64,000 bases of DNA from Antedon mediterranea. Taxonomy: Eukaryota > Animalia > Echinodermata. Position numbers and translations under genes: made by a program. The notes beneath the pieces are model-generated. The model was not told the DNA's origin. It saw only the letters and a program-made list of their open reading frames with translations, and did no database searches. This document shows, piece by piece, positions 13,998 to 28,644 of this stretch (positions within the stretch are counted from its first letter, which is position 1; each line of letters begins with the position of its first letter). The stretch lies in assembly GCF_964355755.1 (NCBI RefSeq), contig NC_092671.1, positions 24,998,070 through 25,062,069 on the forward strand, in the 5' to 3' direction.

Positions 13998-15459
13998 GTA
14001 AGCTTTGTACATATTATTATTATTGTATAATTGTATTGAAGTTATTTACTAACTGTCCAGGCAATCAATACGGTTTTTTGTTTTTCAAGGCCTTTTTTGC
14101 AATGGCCATGCCCAAACAATAAACTGGATCTCAATAAACAGCAGAGTAAAAAGGCTGTCAAAACGAACGAATGTCCACAGTTGAATGTCAGTTGGCGTTG
14201 TGTTGTATGTTGCCAGTTGACATTAGCGTACAACACAATTGAAGCTAATTAATATCATTACGATTTAGCTAACCGAATATATTAAATTATCCTACCTCTC
14301 CTTCTAAGTTTAATCACTAATTAAAATGAATGTCAATTATTCTACAGTAGCATACACAATTGAATAGGCCCGACAAATACTGTTGTAGGCCTCCTCTGTC
14401 TGTGCTGTGTATGTAGGTAGAATAGGCGTAGGCTAGAAGAATATGAATATTTATGGATGAGGAGGAGGAGGAGGAAGAAAGTGGACTTGGTTTTGAAACT
14501 ACAATATATATTTATTGACTCTTTGATTTTGGATTCTATCTAATAATAATTTTCCATCCACGAAAAACCCTAAAAAACGACTGCAACAAAAAATATTTTG
14601 TAAAAACAAAAACATCTTATAAAACTGGTCATACTAATCTAAGCCTGGCAGATGGCAGGCCCCAGCAGTATTGCTTGGTACAGTAGTGTTTTATAATAAA
14701 AATATCAAGTACATGCTCTAGAGGTAGAAGTTAAAATCGGTTAAATATTGTTAAACTTTTCATACTAAAATGTGTCAATCATTAGCTTCTTGCTAAAAAA
14801 AAATTTTTATTTTTAATACAAGATGATAAAAACTTGAATTGTTGGTCGGCCATGGGAATGGACCGTACCATTTATTTTCAATAAGGGTGTTTTTACTTGT
14901 AAAAAATCCAATTTTGGCCAAAGTTTGGAGCTTCACAACGTCTATGGTAACACTTGAATTGCGTTGTTCTTGATTATATTCTATGGACCTTGTGTGAATG
15001 GATAAAAGGCAAAAAATCTTTGGGGAATACATTTTTGTTATACTGATGTTGTCACAAAAGTTTGTATTTTTTCTGATTTCAGGATATGTTATTTTTAAAG
15101 TAATAGCATAAAATTTGAACTGAATTCAAATTGAATCAAATATTGAAACCGAAATGTAGAGTAGACATTACTCTATTCATTTAAATATATAATTAAATGT
15201 TTGAACAAGAAAAACTGCACTTATAGCTATTTTTTATCAAACCCTACCCAAAATTGTTTAATAATCTAGAACTCAGTGTTTTGTTAACTTGTGTACGTAC
15301 ATATTCATAGCTATAAACTATGTGCATAACAATGCTTAAATGAATCAGAGTATAGGCCTATATTATATATACAGTACAGTATATATGAGAATTTTAGAAT
15401 TTTTAAATATCTAAAAAAATAATATACATGTTTTAGATATGAAAATGTTCATTATTTAA

Positions 15460-15770
15460 AGATGTATTGTCCTCCTGAAAAAATATTTACATTTTTTTGT
15501 TGATTATGCCATTTTAATATCATATAATAGTTATCCACTTTGACCAAAACTTGGATCGAAAAAAAAATATTTACCTGAAAAAACTGTAATTTAAAGCAAA
15601 CAAGTCAAATTGCCGCCAGGCAATGGATTTTTGGTCTGGTGTCATTTTAGTGAAAAAAAAACATTTTTTCTTCGTTTTTTTCTACGAAACTTGATTAAAA
15701 CTACAAATGACCTATCAAAGTCTGATGTAATTAATCTTTATTTTTCATGTTTTTGGGGGACATTACATCT
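15460..15770. mobile_element. Kolobok-like MITE
   Basis: TTAA|AGATGTATTGTCC ... GGACATTACATCT|TTAA. Confidence 0.75.
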
Positions 15771-16560
15771 TTAAAACCTTATGTCCTTTTGTGACGTCAT
15801 TATTTATCTAATTACAATCAACTTACATTGCTTTATACAACAATTATGAGCAAGGAAAACTGCACTTACAGATATTTGTGTTCCATACCCCAAAATTGTC
15901 CAAAACTGTGGAACTGATTGGTATAATTAGAAATGCGTTAAAATCCCACCTTAGGCATGAGAATATTTAATGTTAACATCGGTTTTTGTGTTCAGTGGAT
16001 ATAGGTAGGCATACATAAAGATGTACGTAGTGTAGACCTCTCATATCCCATGTACTGTATTTTGTTGCTTGTAACCCGTTTTTCCCTTCACTATTTCAAT
16101 GCTCAAACTTGTGGCAATGTCAAGAACTTAATCACAAGATGTTGAGGTGTCTCCTGATTTGTGTTCCTTCCCCTGGCCAACAGAATAGACTACTTTCATT
16201 AGTCTAGTATGCAAGGCTATCAAACATGCTTTGCAGTTATCTTTTCTATAAATATATTGGGTTGGATAGAACAAACTGTACATAGATTTAAAAAAAAAAC
16301 AAAACCATGGCGATACTATTGTATAAACATGTTGTTTATTTAACTGTGTTATTAAAATATTGTGTAATCTTAATGGCTTGAATTGAATGGGAAATGTATA
16401 AGAGGAGCAAAGGTCAATGATTGACAAATACATAGTTGATAAACATTTTAAAACAGCCTAAATTTGTGGGATTACCCCAAAAATAAGTAGTTTACAAAAA
16501 TGAATTTTTTTTAAAAACTGACATATTGTGCACATGTATTAGTTCAATTAGGCTTACTAT

Positions 16561-17420
16561 GGGCTAGTTTCTGCTTAGCAGGAATAATCGGAATAATCGG
16601 TTATTAATCAATTTTTTTTATCGATTATTTTTGGGAAGCAGAAACGGTGCAAAATGAAATAATTGATTAAAAACACTAAATCCATTGCATGTTTTAACAA
16701 ATTATTTCTTGTTTTAACCGATTATCGCGGAGCAGTTTTGAGCTGCAATACAAATAGCGATTATTGACCACACTTTGACCTCTAGAGTATGGGAACCATC
16801 ACTCACACAAAGCATGCTCTTTATTTGCACAATCCACGACGGTCAGCAAAACAACGATGTGGACCGATGAGATAACATTTGATTGTCATTATTTTGTGGG
16901 GGAGAATTATCGAGAGACTCCAGGATTCTGTGTTACAAGTACACCGTTACATCCCACCGGTTCAGGCTAACAATGTTTTACATGTCATTTTTTAGGCCTG
17001 TTGTTTTCGGTAGAAATATATAGCCCAGCTTGGCCCTAAAGTAGATAGAACCAACGGCAAAACGAACTTTCTCGCAGATGTGCCCTTATTAATACATCAT
17101 TATTCTGTTGTACTGTATGTGGTACGGTAGTAGGCCTAGATGTTTATTTTAAAATAATATAGCTTTACGTAACGTTTAATTTTTAATCCTACATGTGAGA
17201 GTTTTAGGCAGCGATAGGATGTAAACAAACCAACTCTCATTGGCCTTCCATAACTTGAACTTACGTTGTGGGCATGGATGACGTGATTTTTAAAAAGCGA
17301 TTACCAGATAACCGATTAATGTCGGGAGAACATTTTCAGTTGCAACGCAATCAATTCTGTTGTTTGCTGTACTTTATAGGAAAAACCGATTATTTTTATT
17401 TTTTCAGCAGAAACAGACCC
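16561..17420. mobile_element. MITE, PIF/Harbinger-like, full-length copy
   Basis: TIRs GGGCTAGTTTCTGCT and AGCAGAAACAGACCC, TAT on both flanks; second copy at 9097-9703. Confidence 0.85.
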
Positions 17421-18319
17421 TATGTGTTTTTGAAGGTTTGCCTGATTTTAGATGTACCCACTGTACAAGGGGTCGCAGTAACCTTTTTATAATAATTTTC
17501 CCTAATAAAATTGTCAGGCAATATATGGTTCAGCACTACTATATTGTGGATCATAGATCATATTGATTGTCATCTGATTATTTACTGTACATTATCTTCA
17601 ATTTCTGCTATCACAACAAAAACCTAGGTTTATTATATTATTATTTTAATTACCAAGTCATATTTTATTATTGATTTTCCTAGAAATTTACTATTAATGA
17701 TATACATGGTTATTATGACGAATTATTGATTAAGCAATATTGATATAGCAAGAGACAAGATTACAGAGTATTATGTAAGATGCAAAACTCTTCATGTACT
17801 GTATACGGTACAGTAAATTGTGATTCCAAATTGACTGTAATAATATAAGGATACTGTAACTACATTATTTACAGTACCACCAACACACATTAGGATCAAG
17901 TTCTGCTACAAAAAAGATACCTAGGTGTATCTGTACTTACCATGTCTAGGGACACTGATTTTATAATTTGGAATTTCTTTAGAAAATATAAGCTTACTCA
18001 TAATTGCCATCATATATTTCTCATGTATATAGATATTGTGGAGCTGGCCTATACAAGTTATCCTCTTTAACTAAAGTTAAAAACTAGAAAGACACTCCAA
18101 GAGTGCATACTGTGAAATTCTCCTACATAAGATTTCTCCGGTAAAAAAGAAATATATATATATATTTGTGTGTGTCTTAATGCTGTTTGTGATTTAGGCT
18201 AATTTCACTACAAGCATGTGTATGCGAGTTTGGTGTAATGGCTATGTAACAAGCCTTTCAATTAACAATAGCTTCAGTTGACTAACAATAGCTTCAGTTG
18301 ACTAACAATAGAACAGCAA

Positions 18320-18693
18320 TGCGAAAATCAAACGAGTGAACAATATTGCAGAAAAAAGCTTTACGTATTATTACTCAAAGTAAATACAATGCCCATTCAG
18401 AACCTCTTTTTAAAAAATTCAGATTTCTCAATTTATGTGATATTCATAAACTATGCCAATTAAAATTTTACTATAAATATTCAAATAATATGTTACCTGA
18501 TTATTTTCAAAGGTTTTTTTTAGAACTAAATTCAGCTTTACATTCGTATAACACACGTATAAAAGACAACTTTCATGTTGTGAGGGTCAATCATGAGTTT
18601 GCAAAGAAGTGTATTAGGTATAGCCTAACTTTATTAATTAACAATACTGTAAATTTGATTACTGAAAAGGTAAATACACATTCTTTGAAATAA
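18320..18693 (+). mobile_element. LINE (L2/Crack-like) ORF2 3' fragment
   Basis: LQKKALRIITQSKYNAHSEPLFKK...HSYNTR. Confidence 0.85.
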
Positions 18694-21227
18694 CGGTCTG
18701 GACCGTTAGTATTTTGCTATTTGAAAGTAACTAATCTGGTTACGAACGACTGTCAAAATGGTACCTGTCGAAATAACATACACCGCGCATCACAGTAGCG
18801 CAATGGCTTGGCGCATTGTGTATCGGTCGCGCGCTAGTTATGCCGCCAAAGCATTACAAAGGTTTTTGTGGATTGGCATGTTTGTTTGTTTTCTGAATAA
18901 AAAATAATGCCATGGAGTCATTTTCATTATGAAGTCTTTAATTTTTTTATTGTATGTATACCCTAATTGTTTTGGTGTTTCACTGTAAGTGACCGGGTTT
19001 CACGCAAAAAACTTGTTTAGAAATGGTATGGATATTATCATCAGACTAGTACCAGACTAGTATTACTGGCTAGCCTGGGCCTAGGCCTAGTTGTAAAATG
19101 GTTCCGGACCAACTTTAGGCCTAGTTAACTAGGCCTGGTGTCATTACTATGTGGATTTTGGTGAAACATTGATGTAAGATTTATGATTTATAAAATGTAA
19201 TACATTTTTCAATAGTGATAACTTGTTTTTATAGGCCTATATGTGCCGTGTAAGTAACTTTTTGGTTGTTTGTTTATTTCACCGGGCGATATTTTCATAT
19301 TCTGATGTCTTGCACAAAATCGCGAATATCTCGACTTTCTTGCGCGAAACTACGAAAAACTCAAAAAGTGTGTTACTTTTATTTTACTATTACGATTTAC
19401 ATATTGCGATTTGAAAATCGTTCTTGGTACCATTGTGAAGCTAAAATCTTTATTATTATTTTAGTCTAAATTACATAATAATATAAATCAGATCACAGGT
19501 ACATAGTTTCAATCAGCTTTAATAAAAACATCGAATTGGGCTAAAAACGCTGGCGGTGGCAGTTTCTAACTGGAAAAACCTCTGGCAGTCAAAGTTTTAA
19601 CGAAATCTGTAAAAGCAGCAGCTGATATACTTGCTACTTATTAGTTAGTCTGCGACATACCTGAACTTATATATTACTAACTACCATCCAACTTCCTACA
19701 GTATCTGCCATTGTGACAGCCAGTTTATATTCTGTGCACACCAGTATCTATCTCTAGTACATCAATGTATTTGAGTATTGGTCTTCCTTTGCAAGCCCAT
19801 GTTTTGGCTGCCACAGCAGAACATCTGCAATGAGCACAGTGTCCAGCAAATGTCAGTCATCTTTTTCTTATTGTTTCTATTATTACAGCTGATATTTAAC
19901 TACTAAAAAATTGCAAAAAAAAGTTTTTCTGCTGTATTCAATTATAGAGATGTTTACAATTATCATTATTTTTATTAAAATAACAAATGTCTATTCTACC
20001 CTAAAACAGTTTTAATCCAAAATTAATTTTAAGATAAAAATGCACAGGGTCTGTACATACAAAAATATTTGTGAGACATGTTTGTGTTATCATGGCATTT
20101 GATACTGCAAACAATTTTGTATACAGTAAAAATGTAAAATATGTTTAATTAGTGGCAACTGTATTTAATATTTAATATTAATAAATTTGGTATACTGTAG
20201 GTATACTGTATTACATTGTGTGTAGATAGAAAACAATAGTAGAGGCCTAACTGTAGAGTATCAATGTGCTTTGGTATATTCTTGCTTGATTTACTATAAT
20301 TATTATTATAGTCATGTGTTTTCCTATAGTACTGTAGTGTATGTAGCCTATTGATGACAATGACCTTGGCCAGTGTCTTTGTTGTAACAAGGCACAAATT
20401 ATTCTGTCACAGATGGGAGTTAGTTGGCTGAAAATTTACATTTTCATAAAAGAGGTCGAAGCGCACTTATGCTATAATAGAAGGCTTTGTCATAAGCAAT
20501 ATAGTTATATGATTACTATAATGATTAAAATCAGTACAGTTAGTACTACAGTTATGGACTAATTTTCAATCCACTATTTATACTAAACAATATTTAAGGG
20601 CTTGAAAGTATTGCAGGGTCATTCCATCTCAGATCACCCAATGAGTTAAACCCTACCTCTTCCAATTTTGATGAAATTTGGTATATGGGTAATTCATAGC
20701 AATTAAAGCCAAAATTTCAAATTTTAACTTTATCAGACCAACGGTTTTCAAGATATCGCAATTTCAATTTTCGGTTTTTATGCAAAAAAGGGCGCGTCCG
20801 CCACGTTTCAAAGAGCTGTATCTCGGGAACTATAGGTTCGATTTTAAAAGCAAAGGTATTTTTGTAAAGGGGAGACCATAAGGAATCTAAATATACTAAT
20901 TGTGTGTGTTTTATGTTAATTTTAAGTTGAATAAAACTTTGACATATATTTTGACCTTGAAATTTCCCCCGTGGAACACGCCCGTTTTGTTGGTGACTAT
21001 CATGAAAAATGTAGCCCAACGTGTCAACTACAACATATAAAAAAATTGGAGGGGTTTTTTTCTTTGTTTCCATGAAATTACAATTTGAAGTTGACATACC
21101 TCTTCCTTTTAGTGTATTTTTGGTGTCTGTCCATGCATTACTTCAATGTCAATTTGATGTATTCCAAAATTAATTTTATTTACAAACTAAATATTATTAT
21201 AATGTTACAATTGTCTATGTCTGGCCT

Positions 21228-22500
21228 TTACTCCTTGTCATCTGGACAATTCAAACAGTATTTAGAAATGTTGTGGCGATCATTTTGGGAAATACTGTAA
21301 TTCCTAGTCGAAGCGGATTTTATAAACGGAGAGGCTATAATACAATGTACATTTGATTCAGGAATCCAACAACAGTCTTCTTTGGACGGCCAATAAAAGG
21401 TTTTCGCTGACCCATGAGGATGCATAAATTTAATTTGAAAATCCCCAAACTCTTCTGCGAGTGAGACATCCACCACCAAACCAATCCATGGGACACCATC
21501 ATAACTACAGCACACAAAATTCTGAATTCTAATAATGGTGGGTTGTGTATCAGCAACAATTTCATTTTCATCACTGAAAGATTCTTGAATCACTACCACA
21601 TCCGGAGGGTTTATCTGGGTACTTTGTAGACCTGCATCTGTGCCAGAGAAACGGGAACAAAGCGATGATATTGTAATGTACCCTTGATGGTCTGGGCGAG
21701 GTTGAATCTCGGCTTTATTTCTTTTTCCACAGTAGATACCTCATCTATTCCCACATGAAAAAAGTTGATGCCTGGAATGTCCATATGAGCGAGTCATATG
21801 GCCGAGCGGTTAAGGCAGGGGCGCCGTTTACCGTACCTAAAAGAGCCAACAACAACATCGGCAAGGGTTCGAGGCCGACTCGCTCCGTTCTGGTGGTGGA
21901 ACAAGTCTTCTCGGATAAGGACTATAAACCGTAGGTCCAGTGTACACAGTTATAACATGTGTGTACTTTAAAGAACCCAGTTCATTATTCGAAAAAGAGT
22001 AGGGGGTTACCCCGGTGAACTGGTTCACACAATAGCCCCTGTATCAGGGGGATTACCACCTATCTGATAGGACAGTGATTAATTCACCATTGATAATCCT
22101 TGGCCACATTGCCTAAAGACATAAAATAAAAATAAAAAATTACACAGTAGTCGAACATACTGAGAGATGTGATAATATGACATTCAGTCAAATGCTGTAA
22201 GCTTCTCTTAGTGACAAGCCTCTTAACTGTTCCACCTATGCCATCAAACGCACTCTTGCCATGTGATGTAGCGAAAAAATTCCACTCGGCGTCTAAACCA
22301 AAATCTTCCTGGTGGTGGCAAAGGTTAATAAAGTTATATTTGTTTTTGTATTGGCCGCCACATCCATCTGTGAAATAATGAACTTTTTTCATGGTTGGTA
22401 GTTTTGTTTTTATATAGGGGATGACAACCTTTAAAAAGACCTATACAGTTAACTGTTGTATGTTCTCTGCAATCACTTATTATGCATATGTTAATGTGCA
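21228..22500 (-). pseudogene. Transposase remnant (C-terminal part) of the Sola2-type element
   Basis: ORF pieces 22084-22392 and 21228-21599; frameshift and stop near 22440-22452; N-terminal part missing; split by a SINE. Confidence 0.85.
21787..22140 (+). mobile_element. tRNA-headed SINE with a Deu/Nin-like core, inserted in the transposase
   Basis: A box TGGCCGAGCGG and B box GGTTCGAGGCC. Core CTTCTCGGATAAGGACTATAAACCGTAGGTCC...TTAAAGAACCC...TTCGAAAAAGAGTAGGGG resembles the DeuSINE/Nin domain. A-rich tail ends at ~22140. Confidence 0.8.
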
Positions 22501-23249
22501 TAATAACATAGTAAGGACACTAAACTATGTGTCAAAATTGATTTGAAAAGTATGTGAGTTACCCAGTATTTCTCATATCAAAATATATCTACTGTTTAAG
22601 TGGGCCTGATGAGAAAGCGTAACAATAAGACACCTTAACAGTTAGTGTTCACACTGTGTATAAAGTATAACAACACCAAAAATACACTAAAAGGAAGAGG
22701 TATGTCAACTTCAAATTGTAATTTCATGGAAACAAACTAAAAAACCCCTCCAATTTTTTTATATGTTGTAGTTGACACGTAGGGCTACATTTTTCGTGAT
22801 AGTCACCAACAAATCGGGCGTGTTCCACGGGGTCAATTTCAAGGTCAAAATATATGTCAAAGTTTTATTCAACTTAAAATTAACATAAAACACACACAAT
22901 TAGTATATTTAGGTTCCTTATGGTCTCCCCTTTACAAAAATACCTTTGTTTTTAAAATCGAACCTATAGTTCCCGAGATACAGCTCTTTGAAACGTAGCA
23001 GCCGCGCGCTTTTTTGCGTAAAAACCGAAAATTGAAATTGCGATATCTCGAAAACCATTGGTCCGATAAAGTTAAAATTTGAAATTTTGGCTTTAATTGC
23101 TATGAATCACCCATATACCAAATTTCATCAAAATTGGAAGAGGTAGGGTTTAAAATTCCATTTTTTTTGGGTGAACTGAGATGGAATGACCCTGCAGATG
23201 ATTTTTTGGATTTTTTATTTATATTTGGTGACCTCTTCAGTCAGGGCCT

Positions 23250-23365
23250 AGTTTTATAGTCCTTATCCGAGAAGACTCAATTTACCATCATAACCATAGA
23301 GCGAGTGAGCATCAAACCCGTGCCAATGTTGTGGCTACATACCGTAATTAACCGCTCACTTACTC
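23250..23365 (-). mobile_element. Degenerate 5' fragment of the same SINE family
   Basis: TTTATAGTCCTTATCCGAGAAGACT is the reverse complement of the core at ~21904-21929. Confidence 0.65.
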
Positions 23366-23408
23366 AGTCAAGTACAGTATGCCACATTTGAATTAATTAA
23401 TACCTTTA

Positions 23409-23749
23409 GCCCGGCGCAAACTAGAGCTATCGGCTGAGCCAACTGGCATGAGTAACACTTGGCTCACTAAAAAATTTGATTTTCTAATTGGATTATTACT
23501 TACTACGCTATACGGCACGCGCTGACATATAATAAATCCGAACATGTCATGTGCAGTGGAATTTTTTAGTGAGTTATCTGCTCACGTTCGGCGCACACTT
23601 GAGGAAAATGACACGTGTGCCAAAAAATATTAAGCACGATAAATATTTTCCTCAGCAGAACGAGTGGCCGATTCCTCCCCGGCACATACAATGAGCAAAG
23701 TGTTACTCGTGCCAGTTGGCTCAGCCGATAGCTCTAGTGTGTGCCAGGC
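23409..23749. mobile_element. MITE, PIF/Harbinger-like
   Basis: ~55-bp TIRs (ACTAGAGCTATCGGCTGAGCCAACTGGCA and its reverse complement) with TTA on both flanks. Confidence 0.85.
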
Positions 23750-24455
23750 TTATACTTATTACAGTATTTTAAACTGATAGAGCATTGGGCTGTTTTACTG
23801 TAAATACTGTAAAATACAATTTCTTCAATAAAGATTGTTGTTCAATACAGGCAATGAAATGTTTTACATGCCCTTGTACTAAAATTGAACATGGTAACTA
23901 CAGTAAGGGTCTGTTTCTGCTGCATAGCATTGAATAAAACATTTTTTTTAAAGTAGTTTTACAAATTTTTATATCAACTGCTTTCTGCTCAATTTTTGCT
24001 AAACCGTTTAAATAAGTGAGTGGTCGACGGAATTTGTTAAAACAGTTAACCAAAATGCAATAGGTACTGGCGGTCAATTTAAACATTACTGCAGTGTAGT
24101 TAACTTGAGGTCAGACTCTCTATCAATAAAATACCTTTTTTGCGCTGCAGCTTAAAATTGCACAGCAATAACCGGTTAAATGGCGTTCTAACACTGAATT
24201 GATTGGGTGTTTTTATTTAACCGGTTATTGAAAATTTGTCCTGTTTCTGCTCAAAAGAAATTGGGGTTAATTCATTAACACGCTAATTTTTTTCCACCAT
24301 GAATAAAGGATATGAAGATTTATGAGTGCAAGATGCTGTTCCCATTACTCTATACAGTATTTTGATAGTAGTTTTCAATATTTTTGTTCTATTGTTTAGT
24401 AACATACTGTCTTTATTTTATAAATATTGATAAATATTGATAAACCTATGCTATA

Positions 24456-25143
24456 GGCCCTGTTTCTGCTGCCAAGTAAATACCGTATTTAATACGGTAT
24501 TTTTTGAATACCGTATTTATACCGTATTTTGTTGGCAGCAGAAACTTCGCTCATAAAAAAAATACCGTATTTTGTATACCGTATTTTCCCCACAAAATTT
24601 GTGGATAAAATACGGTATTTACAAATTTATACCGTATTTTTTGTACCCATTTCTGCTGCCAATAAAAAATACCGTATTTTTTTGACCTGCCACATGAGGT
24701 CAATATCGTGGTTTTATTTTCTGTCGCTGTCACAGTATTTACTATATAAATCTGTGTGGGGAGGGAGGGGGAGGGCAAGCTAAAATGTCCGGCCAACTAA
24801 AAGGTAATAAAAGGGACAACCACATTTATAAAGACATTTCTAAAAATAAAGCAGGAGTACGGAATAGACTTGTCTCCAAAGCAAGTAAACTCAAAGCTGA
24901 AGAGCCTGCGAAAGCAGTAACAGTTGCAAAAGACAATAACTCGGGGAATTACTTCCTTTATTGCGACTTTTAATTATTGACCAAATAAATGAATGGCAAA
25001 TTGGGTAAAAAGGATGAAATTTAACACGACCACCCAAGAAGTATTGTTAGCAGAAACGGGGTACTAAAAATACTCTATTAAATACCGTATTTTATACCGT
25101 ATTTTTATACCGTATTTTGAGCAGTTGCAGCAGAAACAGGCCC
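24456..25143. mobile_element. MITE, PIF/Harbinger-like, with many subterminal AATACCGTATT motifs
   Basis: TIRs GGCCCTGTTTCTGCTGC and GCAGCAGAAACAGGCCC. Confidence 0.8.
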
Positions 25144-26197
25144 TTACTGAACCTTTTCTTCTCTGTTTTTATGTACAGTACAAGAGTCTGTTTAGGGTGA
25201 ATAAACAAATACCTGTAGTAAAACAATAATATTAATAATGATTTGGGCTTTTTGAAATTAATTAAGAAGTACGGTATCAAATTTCTGGTAAATGTGGGCT
25301 TTGTTGAAATCAGTGGGTGGTCGTCAATGAAAAAATGTTAACAGAACTCAATCAATGACAGTTTTGTTTTGAGATCTGGATGTACTGTAAAGTAACCCTC
25401 CACGGGAATTTTCCATTTCCTCTCCTGAAGCTCAGGGTAACCAGTTCAAAGTTCTATCTTGATATCTTCATTCGCAGCATTGTAAAATTGAATTGACAAT
25501 TTTTTTTAAATTTATATGAGGGGTACAGTACAGTAGCTGACTCAATTGAGTTACTGTATTTGTATTTTGCTTAAGCTGCCCCTGCCTACTATTTTGTCAT
25601 ATCTTTTTTTAAATATATTGTATTGATTTTATGCTGGTCAAATAAATAAACGAAACGAAACTGTACAGTGTGTAGTTATATCACGTTGCTTATCACTAAT
25701 TGACTTCTAATGTTACACACAGACCTACAATTGTCAAAATGCTTGAGAAAAACATCTAGTTCAAGCACAAGCCATTTGAGCTTGCATGAGCACTACCTAA
25801 TTAAAATGCTTATTTGCCCGTCATTTGACCTTTTGAGAGACTCATTACACTGAATGCTTACTTAGGGCCTAAGTCCTACTCCAGGCAATTTGGTAAACTG
25901 AACAAAATTATTTTGCATTCTGCATTTTTGGTGATTTAGGACAAAGAATTTTATATTATAAAACTAACAAGGAAAGGAAATCGGAGTAATGAAATGTGGA
26001 GATATTAATAATGATATTTAAGATCAACTGAAACTAGTTTTGTTTGTTAGATAATGAAAAAAAGATATATAAATATTATCTTTTTTTCATTATAAATGTT
26101 TGTTGTTTATTTTATGGGATACTTATATAAGTACAGTAATACAATCATTTACATTGACTGTAGGCCTATTTCCAAATTGTTAATAAATTAATATAGT

Positions 26198-26780
26198 ACA
26201 GTATTCATTATATCTATGATGATACAGTGTACTTGGGCTTCAATTGATGATGTTCTATTTTTACAGTATTCATTATGTCTATGATGATACAGTGTACTTG
26301 GGCTTCAATTGATGATGTTCTATTTTTACAGTATTCATTATGTCTATGATGATACAGTGTACTTGGGCTTCAATTGATGATGTTCTATTTTTACAGTATT
26401 CATTATGTCTATGATGATACAGTGTACTTGGGCTTCAATTGATGATGTTCTATTTTTACAGTATTCATTATGTCTATGATGATACAGTGTACTTGGGCTT
26501 CAATTGATGATGTTCTATTTTTACAGTATTCATTATGTCTATGATGATACAGTGTACTGGTCTTCAATTGATGATGATCTATTTTTACAGTATTCATTAT
26601 GTCTATGATGATACAGTGTACTGGTCTTCAATTGATGATGATCTATTTTTACAGTATTCATTATGTCTATGTTGATACAGTGTACTGGTCTTCAATTGAT
26701 GATGTTCTATTTTTACAGTATTCATTATGTCTATGATGATACAGTGTACTTGGGCTTCAATTGATGATGTTCTATTTTTA
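26198..26780. repeat. 65-bp tandem repeat, ~9 copies (three central copies slightly shorter)
   Basis: GATACAGTGT recurs at 26221, 26286, 26351 and onward. Confidence 0.97.
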
Positions 26781-28644
26781 ATTTACAGTTTTTATCGGGT
26801 GAATCATTTTGTTTTCCGATAAAACTTTTGCACAAAGTCAATGTGTGAGCTTTAATAAAATGGCCTACTGTACTTTATATCAACAATTGTTTCTTTAAAC
26901 TTATCTTTTCAAGGGGACAATACAGTATATCTTTTTTTACTTACTTAGTCCGGTACATACCCAACTTTTACAGTATGACTAGATTTTTCCATACATTTGC
27001 TGCTGTACATTGAGTGCTGTAGGTCCGTCTGTAGGTCCGTCTGTAGGTCCGTCTAATCAATATGTCATTGTTGGTCTTCCTGGTTTTGTAAGCCCATGTT
27101 TAGGTTGCCATAGAACATTTGAGGTTACCTATTCTTTGCTGCGGGAAAGTGCCTTGCAAATTTCAGTATTCTCTTAAACAGTTATTTCAGCATCAGCATC
27201 AGCATATACAAATCATTCATTATGTTATGAATATTCTGTAGTTTCATCAATATTCGCATTTGTCTTATGGTTTGGGAAGTAGTCGCTGTATACAAACTTG
27301 TTTTCTCATGCAATTTGATCTTTTTAAAATGTGTTGTTAAAAAGATGGCTGACTGGAAAAGCCATCAACTATTAAATATAGTTATGATTTTGTCAAGCAC
27401 ATTACAAATTTCAAAAACATGTTTAATGGATTGTTAATTGTTCACCAAAAGTATGTTACATTTTTTATTAAAATTTTTTATTTGGGAAAGAACGTTCTAT
27501 AAACATTCATAAATAATTACCACTTATTCACAAATAAAACACAATTTTAAGTCATTTTTTATATGATTTTCCTACAGTATGTATACTGTAGTTAAATATA
27601 AATATGACTCCTTTAATTAAACATAACTAAAAAATATGATGAAAGATTATCAAAATCAAGATATTTGATTAGATTTTCAAATTACTATACTTTATTCTCG
27701 GTAATTGACCTTCTTCTCCTTAGGGTAGGGTCCTCATATTTTCTTTGAATAATTTTACACTATAAACAGAGATGATCTCATCATAGTAGTGAATTCCATT
27801 TATCCACAACACGATTTGCATGCCTGCCGCTGTTTTCCAACATCTTTTCTGATCTTGTTCTTGTATAACATCCTGGAGTAACCTATCAAACGTTCACCGT
27901 AAGGCAAGACTAAAAATATCTCTCCAGAAAAGACTTGTCGTATCGGTTAGTGATGTATTTTGATGTATCTTTCATTCATGTTTTTTCTTGTACAGTAATC
28001 ATTAGGGTCTCTATTGAAACTTGTGTCCAATTTTAGAATTGTCTTGTTATTTTCGACAGTCATTTCTATTTTTCTTTTTATAAGCTTTCAAATTAAATAG
28101 TTGAACAGTTCTATTACTTTCTGTGCTATTTTATTCCTGATTATTCCTTGATTTTTATATAAACAAATTTTAAATTTTATATAACAAAAATATGGATTAA
28201 TAATGATAGCATATGGTCTGAATTGTCTGCCATCAATAAAAATATAACGACGTCTATCAGTGTCTACTTCTTTTGTTTAAACAGAGATGTAATAAAATGA
28301 TATTGTATACAAGGCCAATGATGTACACACAAAGGAAAGTGCACATAACTTGTAGTACGGACATTTTGTACTCTATCTACTGTACATTACTAATGAGTTA
28401 CTAGTAATTATATACGCTTATTATTTAGATAATTTTTTAAAACATATTAAAATATAATAAATTGACAATTTGAAGGTCATGAAGGCGATTTATAAATGGT
28501 TATGTAATATTTTGGTATTTGATACGATCTATACTCCAAATACAATATGTGTGTAGACCTTTCGGTATTTTTAGTTACACAGAGCATTTATGTCAACAGT
28601 TGAGTCCTTTGTCGCTCCGCTTGAAACATACATTTTTAATTCAT

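Larger units (their letters stand above)
20616..23192 (-). mobile_element. Sola2-type DNA transposon, internally deleted, with ~510-bp TIRs (20616-21126 and 22673-23192)
   Basis: Near-identical long inverted repeats with GGGTCATTCCAT...ATGGAATGACCC termini and TGCA on both flanks (4-bp TSD). Transposase motifs YFTDGCGGQYKN and WNFFATSHGKSAFDGIGGTVKR, which I recall as Sola2 signatures. Confidence 0.85.

Noticed and set aside
24890-24935. Hammerhead-like CTGAAGA-GCCTGC-GAAA
   Set aside because: Stem II is minimal, and I found no correctly placed UH cleavage site or stem I.
26198-26780. 65-bp repeat as a C/D snoRNA cluster or hammerhead array (ATGATGA and TTGATGA motifs)
   Set aside because: No CTGA D box, no GAAA core and no terminal stems in the unit.
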